Shown here in pieces: positions 24,346 to 38,100 of a DNA stretch of 64,000 nucleotides. The translations under genes and the position numbers were made by a program. Numbering within the stretch: the stretch's first letter is position 1; every line of letters starts with the position of its first letter. The notes beneath the pieces are model-generated. The model saw only the letters and a list, made by a program, of their open reading frames with translations, did not search any database and was not told the origin of the DNA. Location: contig CM075993.1 of the NCBI GenBank assembly GCA_038087875.1, positions 5,644,001 through 5,708,000 on the forward strand, read 5' to 3'. This DNA is from Malacoraja senta. Its lineage: Eukaryota.

Positions 24346-24924
24346 GGGTCTCCCATTGTTGGAAGGAGGGAGAAAGCACTTTTTCTTGACCTGCACAGGT
24401 CTAATGGACACACTCAGGTCCGCTGTTTTGTAAATGATCTGAAGTGCACTCTGAAAGATTTATGTCCCAGGATTATTATTAATCTAGACTCCTATAGAGG
24501 GCACTGCTGTCTAATTATCCCAGTCAAGCCATCAACATTGGAATGAGTCAACGGTTTAAATGCCAGCTCTTCTCTTCTCACAGCAACATCTTGGACCCTC
24601 TCTCCGCAAGTAGTGAGTTTCCACCTGACTCTTCCCTGTCAATGACCTGAATTGCTCGCCGATCGCTCGCACATCTCTTGGTAACATCTCTCAAAGTGAA
24701 GGATCGCCAAAGCCATAAATTAAAGGGCTCTGGAAACCTTTAATACAATACCGATCCTGCATTCTCGCAGAGTGGGACATGCATCAAGGTGACATGAATG
24801 GACAATCAATTTCCCCACTAGAACATTGAAGGTCGACATTTCATATTACTCTCTTTCACTCAGAACTTTTATTTACAGTTTGCTTTCCTTTTCCTTCCAC
24901 CCTTGCTCGTGTTTCTGGCTTTTT

Positions 24925-25555
24925 GGTTCAGTTTAGTTTAGAGATAGAGCATGGAAACAGGCCCTTCGGCCCATCATGTCCGTGCCGACCAGCGATTCCG
25001 GCAGACTTACACTATCCTACACACACTGGGGACAATTTACAATTTTACCAAGCCAATTAACCTTCAAATAACACATCTTTGGAGTGTGGGAGGAAACCGG
25101 AGCTCCTGGAGAAAACCCACGCAGGTCACAGGGAGAACGTACACACTCCGTACAGGCAAGCACCTGTGGGCAGGATCGAACCTGAGTCTCTGCCGCTGTG
25201 AGGCAGCAGCGCTAGAGGCAGGAAACATGTTCCCGATGTTGGGGGAGTCCAGAACCAGGGGCCACAGTTTAAGAATAAGGAGTAAGCCATTTAGAACGTA
25301 GACGAGGAAACACTTTTTCTCACAGAGAGCGGTGAGTCTGTGGAATTCTCTGCCTCAGGGGGCGGTGGAGCAGGTTCTCTGGATGCTTTCAAGAGAGAGC
25401 TAGATAGGGCTCTTAAAAATGGGGAGAAGGCAGGAACGGGGTACTGATTGGGGAAGATCAGCCATGATCACATTGAATGGTGGTGCTGGCTCGAAGGGTC
25501 AAATGGCCTACTCCTGCACCTATTGACTATTGTCCGCCGCTGCTCCACTGTGCCG
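24925..25555. mobile_element. HE1 SINE (-) with a CR1 3' fragment (+, about 25210-25535) inserted in its head
   Basis: The SINE head resumes as ccgctgctccactgtgcc after the CR1 tail. Confidence 0.75.
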
Positions 25556-27760
25556 ATGCTATGACCAACCCTGATCCAGCCACTTGACAGGTCGCAATGT
25601 AGGGTCATGACCCTGACCTAACTTCCTTGTCCCCGTCAGGACTCCTGACCGCCCAACACCTTGTCCTGATCTGAAGAAGGGTTTCGTCCCGAAACGTTGC
25701 CTATCTCCTTCGCTCCATAGATGCTGCTGCACCCGCCGAGTTTCTCCAGCACTGTTGTCTACCTTGTCCTGACCTACCAGGTTGAAGCAACCCTAACAGG
25801 AACCCCAAACCTCAGTGTGCCCCAAATGCAACCCCATCTCATAAGTTTGGGAATGGTCTCCCAGTCGACCTTCCATGGCTGAGACAATGGATGTAGCAGG
25901 GTATAGAAACAAGCGCACTAAAGGACACAAATTACTGGAGTAACTCAGCGGGTCAGGCAGCATCTCTGGAGAATATGGATAAGTGACGTTTTGGGTCGAG
26001 ACCCTTCTTCAGACCGGCAGGGTGGTTAGTATATGGAAGGGGATGCCAGAGGAAGAAGTTGAGGCAGGGTCCAATTCGCGATGGCTTCTGCATCCCAGGT
26101 CTTCTTCTTATCAAGTCCACACACAAGATTAGAAGTTGGTCAGCCAGAGCTGAACACACTTCTCGGCATCTGCATACAATGGTGTCTTTCTTGTCGCTTC
26201 TTGTGCGTGGTGGTGGAAAGATTGGTGGAAACAGGGGCCGCGACGTGAACGCACTTCCCTTGACCCCTGCTTCCGGGGTTGGAAATATCAAATATTCCCC
26301 AGAATGGACATATCCCAAAAATGTGGATGTAACGCTGAGGCTTTCTAAGGCACTGGTGAGACGGCATTTGGTGTAATGGTGTTTAAGAGGCTTTTAGATA
26401 GGCACAAAATGCTGGAGTAACTCAGCGGGTCAGGCAGTGTCTCTGGAGAGAAGGAATGGGTGATGTTTTGGGTCGAGATCCTTCTTCAGATAGACATGTG
26501 GATAAGCAGGGAATGGAGAGATATGGATTATGCACAGGCAGATATGTGATGGCATCATGTTCAGCCCGGACATTGTGAGCCGAAGGGTCTGATCCTGTGC
26601 TGTACCGTTCTGTACAGGGGCATTGTGGGGGTGGTCTACTGGCAGGAGGGAAAGCTCCAATTTAACATGGGTTTGGGCAAACTTTCATCAAAGGCATCCG
26701 AGCACGCAGACGCAAGTCCCTCCCTGGTGTTCCCCTGTGTGATCATTGACACAAAATGTCCAATTAAACCGTTTGCCAACAGAGTCGGTCCTAGCCAATC
26801 CTTCACCTTTCCCTCCCGTTAATTAGCCGAGTTAGTCAGGCGTGATGACCCAAGGCGACAATTAGAAGCTTCCGTTCACACGTCTAAGCAGTTGCCATTG
26901 ACAGAGGAAGCCAGTTTATTTCTAGCGGCGTTTCCACAGGTTAGGTGGGAATCAGAGCCCTTGGTAACCCTCACCCAGCACTTCGAGGACACCAGATCAG
27001 TTGTGAATGAAAACACAGTTCAAAAGAAATAAATTGGAAAGCAGCGAATTCCTATTAAACTTGCATCAACCCTTGAGCTGGAATCAAAGTGCTGGAGGAT
27101 AGACACAATGGGACAGGCAGCATCTCTGGAGAGAAGGAATGGGAACCGTCACCAAAAAAATGGGAATTCACTCCAGAGATGCTGCCTGTCACGTTGAGTT
27201 AAGCCAGCATTTTGTGTCCATCTTCGATGTAAACCAGCATCTGTAGTTCTTTCCTGCACAAAATGCTGGAGGAACTTAGTGTAGGCATTACCTGTGGAGA
27301 GAATAGATCGATGATGTTTCAGGTCAAAGGCATATGGATTATGAGTAGACAGATGAGAGTTGGTCTTGACATTATGTTCAGCACGGACATTGCAGGTCGA
27401 AGGGCCCAACTGAACCTTTCTCCAGTACACATGAAAGCAAAACGATGATGAAATCTGTCAGGTTTTGTCACTTTCCCCACCCATTCCGCCAATCACCCCC
27501 ACCCCTCTTGCCTGCATCCACCTATCACTCGCCAAGATAGTCACCAAATGCTGGAGTAACTCAGGCAGCATCTCTGGAGAGGAGGAATTGGTGACGGTTT
27601 TGGGTCAAGACCCTTCATCAGACTCGCGTCCAAAGCTTTCTCTCGTGTCAAGCTTAGTCCTAGCCCTACCCCTCTTTCCAGTTTTCTCCCCCTTTTTCCA
27701 ATCAGTCCGCAGGAGGGTCCCGGCCAAAAATGTTGTCTGTTGAACCTCACCACGGATGCT

Positions 27761-28167
27761 GGGAGTTCCCCCCCCCCCCCCCGCCACGGGTGCCATGCAA
27801 TCCCGTGCTACCTACTCCATGGTCGGATAGTCGGCGACTAAACCGCTTCCCCACCTGGTTTTGCCAGGTGAGGAGGGGGCTGTGGACCCCCAGCAGGACC
27901 AAAAACAAAAGACCTGTCAAAGGGCGGATGAGCTCCTAGCGAACCAACGGCCATCCACACTTCAGTAGAAGTTGCGATGACTGTCGTACGTAGCATTGTA
28001 AGGAACGATGATAAAGCACACACACACACACACCAAAATCTTGTACTTCCAGCGGCGGAAGTCCGCAGGAAGTGGAGGATGGAGATGTGTGGTGCGTCCG
28101 TCACCGTTCCCGTCGGAAACCAGCACCACTGCGTCGCTAATGTTTTCAACGATGATGAATGAATGAA
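27761..28167 (+). mobile_element. Unclassified short structured retroposon with a (TGAA)n tail
   Basis: Interrupts a Penelope-derived repeat (flanks cggatgc / cagatgc), contains several hairpins and ends gatgatgaatgaatgaa. Confidence 0.5.
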
Positions 28168-28734
28168 CAGATGCCCCCTGACCCACTTAAAAATAGTGGA
28201 GTCAGGGGATACGGGGAGAAGGCAGGAACGGGGTACTGATTGGGGATGATCAGCCATGATCACATTGAATGGCGGCGCTGGCTCGAAGGGCCGAATGGCC
28301 TACTCCTGCACCTATTGTCTATTGTCTATTGTTCTTTCCTCAAAATTCAAGCATCTGCAGTCCCTTTTGTCCACATCCTACCAATATTGCTACCACAATC
28401 AGGAATCATCCTACCACAATCTGAGAGCAGTGTTGAACTACTATCTACCTCATTGGTGACCCTCAGACTATCCTTGATTGGACTTTGCTGGCTTTATCTT
28501 GCGCTTAACGTTATTCCCTTCTCATGTATCTATACACTGTAAATGGATCGATTGTAATCATGTATTGCCTTTCCGCTGGCTGGTTAGCACGCAACAGAAG
28601 CTTTTCACTGTACCTCGATACATGTGACTCTCCCCACTCCACCCCCAATCAATTGTGTGCTACAACGGGTCGCCAATTTAGTCTCAATTCTATGGTACGA
28701 TGGAAGATATAACACCTTATCAACATTATGATGA

Positions 28735-29105
28735 AACATAGAAACATAGAAAATAGGTGGAGGAGGAGGCCATTCGGCCCTTCGAGCCAGCACCGCCATT
28801 CATTGCGATCATGGCTGATCGTCCCCTATCAATAACCCGTGCCTGCCTTCTCCCCATATCCCTTGATTCCACTGGCCCCTAGAGCTCTATCTAACTCACT
28901 CTTAAATCCATCCAGTGACTTGGCCTCCACTGCCCTCTGTGGCAGGGAATTCCACAAATTCACAACTCACTGGGTGAAAAAGTTTTTTCTCACCTCAGTC
29001 TTAAATGGCCTCCCCTTTATTCTAAGACTGTGTGGCCCCCTGGTTCTGGATTCGCCCAACATTGGGAACATTTTTCCTGCCCCTAGCTTGTCCAGTCCTT
29101 TTATT
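28735..29105 (-). mobile_element. CR1 3' fragment
   Basis: (atagaaac)n tail; homologous to 6010-6416. Confidence 0.85.
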
Positions 29106-30899
29106 TGAACTTATGATGTAAGTAGCATATGTTTGTTACACTGTGCCTCGACTCGCTGGAGTTTAGGAGGATGAGAGGGCACCTCATTGAAACTTCCCGA
29201 ATAGTATTCTTCTTCTTGTGTATGGCATACACAGCCTAAAGTTGTAGGTCAACTTGTAGGGCGAAGGCAGGAGAATGGGGTTAGGAGGGAGAGATAGATC
29301 AGCCATGATTGAATAGCGGAGAGGACTTGATGGGCCGAATGGCCAAATTCTCTCCTATCACTTATGACCTTATGAACTTTGCGGAGAACTGGGACTGATA
29401 CTTTCACAACTGTGCACTATCCTTGAGGATATTTGTAGTTCTGAAGGAAGAAAAGCCATCTCATACCTGAATATTTTTACGTCTGGTTAGTTTGAATATT
29501 GACATTAATATTTCTAACGTACTGAGTTCTTGTGGACCGATTGGAAAACAAACATTAATTAACCATTGAAAAAAGAAAGCATTGAATAATGTGTAGATAC
29601 AGCCACCTCATTCACGTCGCTGGGCAGAGATGGGGATGAATGGAGATGAATGAGGAATGCGAGCACTTCAGTTTAATTCCCTGTGGGATTCTGCTTACAG
29701 AGTGGTGTTCAGGGGACTGGTCTTTAACTCCTCCAGGGTGGTCCCGGGGAATTAGCATCTCATCGGTGTGAGGGGGGGGATTATCGCCTCTATCACAGAC
29801 CCTGGTGGAGGAAGGGGGGGGGGTGGTTTGTTCAGTGTGCCGGCTCTTGAAGCCGCCTGCGGGCTCACGGTGTCTGGACCAGCTGCTTGTGTCTCTTGCC
29901 AGACGGCTGGCGAGTGAGATCATTCGTGTTGCCGTGCTACGGGGGCAGGAATGCCTCAGTGTCGCGGCGTGGGGTGGTCCACCCCCCCCCCCCCCTCGCC
30001 CTTCTGCACAGAGCTACCGCCGGTCTGGAGAAGCAGAGATGGGGGGGCGGGGAGGGTCGAGGAAGAGGGGGTCGGGGGGTGTGTGAGAGTTAGGGGGGGG
30101 GGGTTGATGTAGTGGTGGCAACGTTCACTGGAATTCAACCCCCACAGCAACAACTCTGGGCTTATCCAAGCATGGATTTTCGTAAAGAGAACTACAACTG
30201 ATGTCCAGTGGTCCAAGCCGGAACACTGACCTAAGCCAAGCCCAGGATAGCTAAGAGAGACACAAAATGCTGGAGTAACTCAGCGGGACAGGCAGCATCT
30301 CTGGAGAGAAGGGATAGCTCTGAAGAAGGGTCTCGACCGCAAACGTCACCCATTCCTTCTCCCCAGAGATGCTGCCTGTCCCGCTGAGTTACTCCAGCTT
30401 TCTGTGTCTATCTTCGGATTAAACCAGCACCTGCAGTTCCTTTCCGACACAGGAATGGGTAACGTTTCGGGTCGAGATCGTTCTTCAGGATAGCTGCTGG
30501 ATTACCTTCAGTTAGTGACTGAGACCGTTCAGCCCATCGAATCTGCTTCCTCGTCCAACCCCTAGCCCAGCTTCAACAATATCTCAATTTCTTTATTCCT
30601 TGGAGCGCAGGAGGATGAAGGGTGTTCTTATAGAGGTGTACAAAATCATGAGAGGAATAGTTCGGGTAGAGGCACAGAGTTTTTTGCCCAGAGTAGGCGG
30701 AATCGAGAACCAGTTTAAGGTGAGGGGGGAAAGATTTAATAGAACCCTAAGGGGTAGCGTTTTTACCTGAAGGGTGGTGAGTGTTACTTCAGCACTTTGT
30801 GTCTAGGCTCAGTAACTGTGATGGACCGGGCAATATCTATCAATGTCGCTAAGTGTGTGAGACTTGGGACTGGCCGCATCAGGTTGTCTGTGATTCTGT

Positions 30900-31335
30900 A
30901 ACAATAGACAATAGACAATAGGTGCAGGAGTAGGCCATTCGGCCCTTCGAGCCAGCACCGCCATTCAATGTGATCATGGCTGATCATCCCCAATCAGTAC
31001 CCCGTTCCTGCCTTCTCCTCATATCTCCTGACTCTGCTATTTTTAAGAGCCCTATCTAGCTCTCTCTTGAAAGCATCCAGGGAACCTGCCTCCACCGCCC
31101 TCTGAGGCAGAGAATTCCACAGACTCACCACTCTCTGTGAGAAAAAGTGTTTCCTCGTCTCCGTTCTAAATGGCTTACTCCTTATTCTTAAACTGTGGCC
31201 CCTGGTTCTGGACTCCCCCAACATCGGGAACATGTTTCCTGCCTCTAGCGTGTCCAAACCCTTAACACTCTTATATGTTTCAATGAGATATCCTCTCATC
31301 CTTCTAAACTCCAGAGTGTACAAGCCCAGCCGCTC
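30900..31335 (-). mobile_element. CR1 3' fragment
   Basis: Translates as YTLEFRRMRGYLIETYK...EKAGTGY. Confidence 0.9.
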
Positions 31336-32764
31336 CCCCCAACATCGGGAACCTTGGCTCTCTGGTGCAGGATGGGGACTCTGGTTGTAAGTGGGCTCCT
31401 AATCCAAGTATTAAGGTAATTGCACTGATCCCATCCCCAGTTCCTTGACTGGCCCTGTTGGTCAGGACTTGACTGAGGCTGAGTTAATGAATGCTCCCTC
31501 TGAGCTCACGGTTGCTCTGGAAACCGTGTTCAACGGCTCCATTCTCAAAGGTGAATGCAGACTCGGTGACGAACCTTAGCTGCATAACTTAACCCCTTCT
31601 GTACAGCAGTTGGTGAATGGAGTGGGAGGGGGGGGGGGGGAAGCCGACACTTGGATAGCCCACTTGGTAAAGGGAAAGTTAGCGAGTAGGATTTATTGTT
31701 GGAAAAAATCTTATCGATGGGAATCTTTACCCCTTTTAGCACCAGTATTGTTGAAAATCGTGCCTAAGCATTAGTTTGTGCTGAACAGACCAATGCCAGG
31801 CTGCTCTGTATATTTCAATACAGTGCAGAAGGCCATTTGGCCCATCAGGTCTATGCCAGCTCACAGTATTTCTATTTCCTGCTAATTTTAACTGTATAAA
31901 ACACAAAGTGCTGGAGGAATTCAAACGTAGACAAAAATGCTGGAGAAACTCAGCGGGTGAGGCAGCATCTATGGAGCAAATGAATAGGTGATGTTTCGGA
32001 AAGATCAGGCTACTGGGGAGGGAATGGGCAGATAGATGTCTTTTTGGGTCAGGGCCCTTCTTAACACTGAAGAAGGCCTGAAGAAAGGACCCGACCCAAA
32101 ACATCGTCTGTCCATTTCCCCCACAGATGCTGCCTGACCCGCTGAGTTCCTCCAGCACTTTGTGTTTTACTCAAGATTCCTGCATCTGCAGTTTCTTGTG
32201 TCTTAATTTCCCCTTTAACTCTGAAGCGGTTTCGCTAAAGTCTAAAAGTTCTACCCAGTATCTTCCTCCAAGAGTGGTCCCCCAACCAACTTAAGATGCA
32301 GATCACCTGGTCTCTGTGGAATCTTCTGAGCACTTATGCCAAGATTGGGTGGGGGGGGGAAGAGGTTCGAGATCTTTGGCCATCTGACCATGGCTGGGTT
32401 GACTTCAAAGTTTGCCAATAGACTCTCCTTTGAAGTACCAGGAGAAGGTTTACTAAGTTAAGGGCACAGTGTAGATGTTGGTTGGCATTGGATCCCACCA
32501 TCACCCCTCTCCCCCTCACCAGCTGGGAATGGGTATTTAAAGGGTCTGGTTTTAGTACTTTCCAAAGTCAAACAAAGTTGGCGAGACTTCCTAACTAGGC
32601 TGGCATCAACGACATCCCTTAATTGGAAGAAGCAGCTAAGCCCTTGAGTTCCAGCTGGTAACAGGTCTATTAGAAGAAAGGGCATGTTGCCACTTCACCC
32701 TCACCAACCCAGCAGAGATCCCACCTGCCGCCGGTATTGTCCTCTGAGCATTCACTTAAAGGGT

Positions 32765-33640
32765 TTCGTTTTTAGAGATTCAGCGCGGAAACAGGCCCTT
32801 TGTCCCACCGAGTCTGTGCTGACCCATACAGTAGCACTATCCTGCACTGGGACAAATTATAATCTTTACAGAAGCCAATTAACCTACAAACCTGTACGTC
32901 TTTGGAGTGTGGGAGGAAACCGGAGCACCTGGAGAAAACCCACGCAGGTCACGGGGAGAACGTACAAACTACGGACAGACAGCACCCGTAGTCAGGATCG
33001 AACCCGGGTCTCTGGCGCTGTAAAGCAGCAATTTTTAGTTTAGTTTTGTTTAGAGATACAACATGGAAACAGGCCCTTCGGCCCACCAAGTCCGCGCCCG
33101 ACCAGCGATCCCCGCACATTAAAACTACCCTGCACACGCTAGGGGCAATTTACACATGCACCAAGCCAATTAACCTACAAATCTGTACGTCTTTGGAGTG
33201 TGGGAGGAAACCGGAGCACCTGGAGAAAACCCACGCGGTCACGGGGAGAACGTACAAACCACGTAGTCCGTAGTCAGGATCGGACCCAGGTCTCTGGTGC
33301 TGTTAGTTTAGTTTAGAGATACAACATGGAAACAGGCCCTTCGGCCCAAAGATCTATGATCTTTGCTTCGGCCCACCAAGTTCCGCGCCAACCAGCTATC
33401 CCCGCACATTAACACAATCCTGCACACACTCGGGGCCATTTACACACGCACCAAGCCAATTAACCTACAAACCCGTACGTCTTTGGAGTGTAGGAAGAAA
33501 CCTGGGCACCCGGGAAAACCCACACAGGACATGGGGAGAGCGTACAAACTCCGTACAGACAGCACCTGTAGTCAGGATCGAACCTGGGTGTCTGGCCGCT
33601 GTGAGGCAGCAGCTCTACCGCTGCTCCACCTTGCCGCACA
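32765..33640 (-). mobile_element. Three tandem HE1-type SINE copies
   Basis: Tails at about 32765, 33035 and 33303, each followed by V-domain and B-box sequence. Confidence 0.85.
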
Positions 33641-34189
33641 CCCTTGGACAAGGTTGAAATGAGGGAAGAGTCTGTGTTGGTGGCATTGCCAGGTCATCGG
33701 CCTCTAGAAAGCCCTCAAAGCCTCCAGTCAGCCAGTTAAGCGCCATCTTTATTTGGCAGAGTGGCTGCTCTCGTAGTGCGTTGCTTGCCGTGAAGTTTCC
33801 CTTTGAAAGGCAAAAACGAATTGCGATTGCAAAATAAAAAATCTCCAGACGTTTCTGTGCCATTTGCGGTTTGGGCATTTCACGAGCTGGCAGAGAGCCA
33901 GAGCTCACAACGTCGGGAGAATGCCAGGTACAGACTCACTGAAACTGGGCCACGGACCGAAAATAGGAGCCCTGGGGATCTAGCAGCTGTAAGTGGGCCA
34001 ACCTGTTGTTCCTCTGCAGGAGATGGCACAGGATACGGCTTAACTTTCCCCACCATCCTCCGCTGAAGGATTTGAGTCAAAGAGACTTACTGCAACTATC
34101 GACAGACACAAAAATCTGGAGCAACTCACCGGGACAGGCAGCATCTCTGGAGAGAAGGGATGGCTGACGTTTCTGAAGAAGGGTCTCGA

Positions 34190-34527
34190 CCAATGTTGGG
34201 CGAGTCCAGAACCAGGGGCCACACAGTCTTAGAATAAAGGGGAGGCCATTTAAGACTGAGGTGAGAAAAAACTTTTTCACCCAGAGAGTTGTGAATTTGT
34301 GGAATTCCCTGCCACAGAGGGCAGTGGAGGCCAAATCACTGGATGGATTTAAGAGAGAGTTAGATAGAGCTCTAGGGGCTAGTGGAATCAAGGGATATGG
34401 GGAGAAGGCAGGCACGGGTTATTGATTGGGGACGATCAGCCATAATCACAATGAAAGGCGGTGCTTTGGCTCGAAGGGCCAAATGGCCTCCTCCTGCACC
34501 TATTTTCTATGTTTCTATGTTTCTATG
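34190..34527 (+). mobile_element. CR1 3' fragment
   Basis: (tttctatg)n tail and CR1 coding sequence. Confidence 0.85.
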
Positions 34528-34794
34528 ACCCGAAACGTCACCCATCCCTTCTCTCCAGAGATGCTCCTGACATGGAGAACACGAGAGGTTCTGAAGAAGG
34601 GTCTGAAGAAGGGTCCCGACCCAAAATGACACCTACCCATCACGTTCTCCAGAGATGCTGCCTGGCCCGCCGAGTTACTGCAGCACCTTGTGTCCTCTCA
34701 CAGACAATAATGTTTGTTTAGAGAGAAGGGGCTGCAGAGTGTGGCAGTGAATGAGCAGTCAGCCTGTATCTCCCCCCACTCCACATCTAGTGAT

Positions 34795-36230
34795 AATAGA
34801 CAATAGGTGCAGGAGTAGGCCATTTGGCCGTTCGAGCCAGCACCGCCATTCAATGTGATCATGGCTGATCATCCCCAATCAGTACCCCGTTCCTGCCTTC
34901 TCCCCATATCCCCTGATGCCGCTATTTTTAAGAGCCCTGTTGAAAGCATCCAGAGAACCTGCCTCCACCGCCCTCTGAGGCAGAGAATTCCAGAGACTCA
35001 CCACTCTCTGTGAGAAAAAGTGTTTCCTCGTCTCCGTTCTAAATGGCTTACTCCTTATTCTTAAACTGTGTGGCCCCTGGTTCTGGACTCCCCCAACACC
35101 GGGAACATGTTTCCTGCCTCTAGCATGTCCAAGCCCTTAACAATCTTATATGTTTCAATGAGATACCCTCTCATCCTTCTAAACTCCAGAGTGTACAAGC
35201 CCAGCTGCTCCATTCTCTCAGCATATGACAGTCCCGCCATCCCGGGAATTAACCTTGTAAACCTACGCTGCACTCACTCAATAGCAAGAATGTCCTTCCT
35301 CAAATTAGGGGACCAAAACTGTACACAATACTCCAGGTGTGGTCTCACTAGGGCTCTGTACAACTGCAGAAGGACCTCTTTGCTCCTATATTCGATTCCT
35401 CTTGTTATAAAAGCCAACATGCCATTCGCTTTCTTCACTGCCTGCTGTACCTGCATGCTTACTTTCATAGACTGATGTACAAGGACCCCCAGATCCCGTT
35501 GTACTTCCCCTTTTCCCAACCTGACGCCATTTAGATAGTAATCTGCCTTCCTGTTTTTGCTAGCAGAGTGGATAACCTCACATTTATCCGCATTAAACTT
35601 CATTTGCCATGCATCTGCCCACTCCCCCAACCTGTCCAAGTCACCCTGCATTCTCATAGCATCCTCCTCACAGTTCACACTGCCACCCAGCTTTGTGTCA
35701 TCTGCAAATTTGCTAATGTTACTTTGAATCCCTTCATCCAAATCATTGATGTATATTGTAAATAGCTGCGGTCCCAGCACTGAGCCTTGCCGTACCCCAC
35801 TAGTCACTGCCTGCCATTCTGAAAGGGACCCGTTAATCCCTACTCTTTGTTTCCTGTCTGCCAACCACTTCTCTATCCATGTCAACACTCTACCCCCAAT
35901 ACCATGTGCCCTAATTTTGCCCACTAATCTCCTATGTGGGACCTTATCAAATGCTTTCTGAAAGTCCAGGTACACTACATCCACTGGCTCTCCCTTGTCC
36001 ATTTTCCTAATTACATCTTCAAAAAATTCCAGAAGATTAGTCAAGCATAATTTCCCCTTCGTAAATCCATGCTGACTCGGACCGATCCTGTTACTGCTAC
36101 CCAAATGTTCGGCTATCTCAACTTTTATAATTGACTCCAGCATCTTTCCCACCACCGATGTCAGGCTAACTGGTCTATAGTTCCCTGTTTTCTCTCTCCC
36201 GCCTTTCTTAAAAAGTGGGATAACATTAGC
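34795..36230 (-). mobile_element. CR1/HER1-like LINE, 5'-truncated, with reverse transcriptase domain (inactivated)
   Basis: ORF 35274-36155 contains QHGF..CLTNLL, YLDFQKAFDKVPH, SGVRQGSVLGP and KFADDT. An in-frame TGA at 35274-35276 is followed by VQRRFTRLIPG. Confidence 0.95.
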
Positions 36231-37421
36231 ATCATGGCTGATCTATCTCTCCCTCCAAACCCCATTCTCCTGCCTTCTCCCCATAACCTCGGGATCAAGA
36301 ATCTATCTATCTCTGCCTTAAATATTAAACTATTAAAATATTCAATATTAAACTGAGATGTGATCTGTCTTCCTGGTTTAATCCCCAACCACAGACCCTA
36401 TTTGAAACCAGACGAGGGGATCTCTCTCCAGAGACCTGGACCCAATATTAAGCCAGTCTGAAGAAGGGTTTTGGCCCGAAACGTCGCCTATTTCCTTCGC
36501 TCCATAGATGCTGCCGCACCCGCTGAGTTTCTCCAGCACTTTTGTCTACCGCCAATATTAATCTGTGAGCCAACATCACCAAAGCATCTCATCTTGCCTC
36601 TCGCACTGCTCCTTATGGGAGAAATACTTCAGCTTGGTTGCTGTCTGGGACTGGAGTGCAGTCTAGTTATTAGAAGTGGGATATCGGGGCAGGAGGTAGT
36701 ACACACACACACACACACAATGCAAGGAATTTGGAATTGTTCTGCTAATGTTGGCTGTTAGATTCGCTGCTGTCGTTGTTAGAGATGTTAGAAGAACAGC
36801 TTCTTCCCAACAACCAAGAGAAGCAAAGGTACTGGAGTATCCCTGTGGGTCAGGCAGCATCTCTGGATAATATGGACAGGTGACATCTGGATATAAGGAG
36901 ATCTCTCCTCATCTCCTTACTTCACACTTTTTGTCTTTTCATCTCTGGACTTTGCCCACCCATCTGCCTCAGAGGGCGGTGGAGGCAGGTTCTCTATATG
37001 CTTTCAAGAGAGAGCTAGATAGGGCTCTTAAAAATTGCAGTCAGGGGATATGGGGAGAAGGCAGGAACGGGGTACTGATTGGGGATGATCAGCCATGATC
37101 ACATTGAATGGCGGTGCTGGCTCGAAGGGCCAAATGGCCTACTCCTGCACCTATTGTCTATTGTCTATTGTCTATTATCTGTGTAAATGGCCTTTTCCAT
37201 TCCTTCTCTCCAGAGATGCTGCCTGTCCCGCTGAGTCACTCCAGCATTTTGTGTCTATCTTCGATTTAAACCAGCATCTGCAGTTCCTTCCTACACATCT
37301 ACACATTCCCGTCCCCGCCACAGCTATTTCAGGGAATCATGCGGTGACTGTTCCTCCTCATGGGATCAACAAAATGATTAACTCACCACCGGCAAAACCA
37401 CACTGTGGTGAGAGAGCTTCA

Positions 37422-37607
37422 AGGGCCTGTCCCACTTGGCCGTCATTTGCGCGTCATTTACGCGACATCATTTACGCGTCACGAAGCACGACGTGCGCGG
37501 CGTGAGATGCACGTGATGCGCGCATGGTGCGTGGTGGCGTAGGCAGTGACGCACGGTCGCGCGCGACGCCCCAGGATTCTGGTACATCACACAAAATGGA
37601 CAGGCCC
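37422..37607. mobile_element. Harbinger-like MITE (subfamily B)
   Basis: Termini agggcctgtcccacttggc ... ggacaggccc. Confidence 0.7.
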
Positions 37608-37613
37608 ATCAGA

Positions 37614-38100
37614 AATAGACAATAGACAATAGGTGCAGGAGTAGGCCATTCGGCCCTTTGAGCCAGCACCGCCATTCAATGTGATCATGGCTGATCATCC
37701 CCAATCAGTACCCCGTTCCTGCCTTCTCCCCATATCCCCTGACTCCGCTATTTTTAAGAGCCCTATCGAGCTCTCTCTTGAAAGTATCCAACCTGCCTCC
37801 ACCGCCCTCTGAGGCAGAGAATTCCACAGACTCACCACTCTCTGTGTGAAAAAGTGTTTCCTCGTCTCCGTTCTAAATGGCTTACTCCTTATTCTTAAAC
37901 TGTGGCCCCTGGTTCTGGACTCCCCCAACATCGGGAACATGTTTCCTGCCTCTAGTGTGTCCAAGCCCTTAACAATCTTATATGTTTCAATGAGATGCCC
38001 TCTCATCCTTCTAAACTCCAGAGTGTACAAGCCCAGCCGCTCCATTCTCTCAGCATATGACAGTCCCGCCATCCCGGGAATTAACCTTGTAAACCTACGC
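37614..38100 (-). mobile_element. CR1 3' fragment
   Basis: Translates as RRFTRLIPGMAGLSYAERMERLGLYTLEF. Confidence 0.9.

Noticed and set aside
27372..27390. REST/NRSE-like motif ttcagcacggaca
   Set aside because: Spacing is non-canonical and the sequence is part of a common LINE 3' tail.
33850..33927. Possible cassette exon on + (ag...gtacag)
   Set aside because: A-rich acceptor and weak donor; the peptide is unrecognised and the MAP1 peptide is already contiguous without it.
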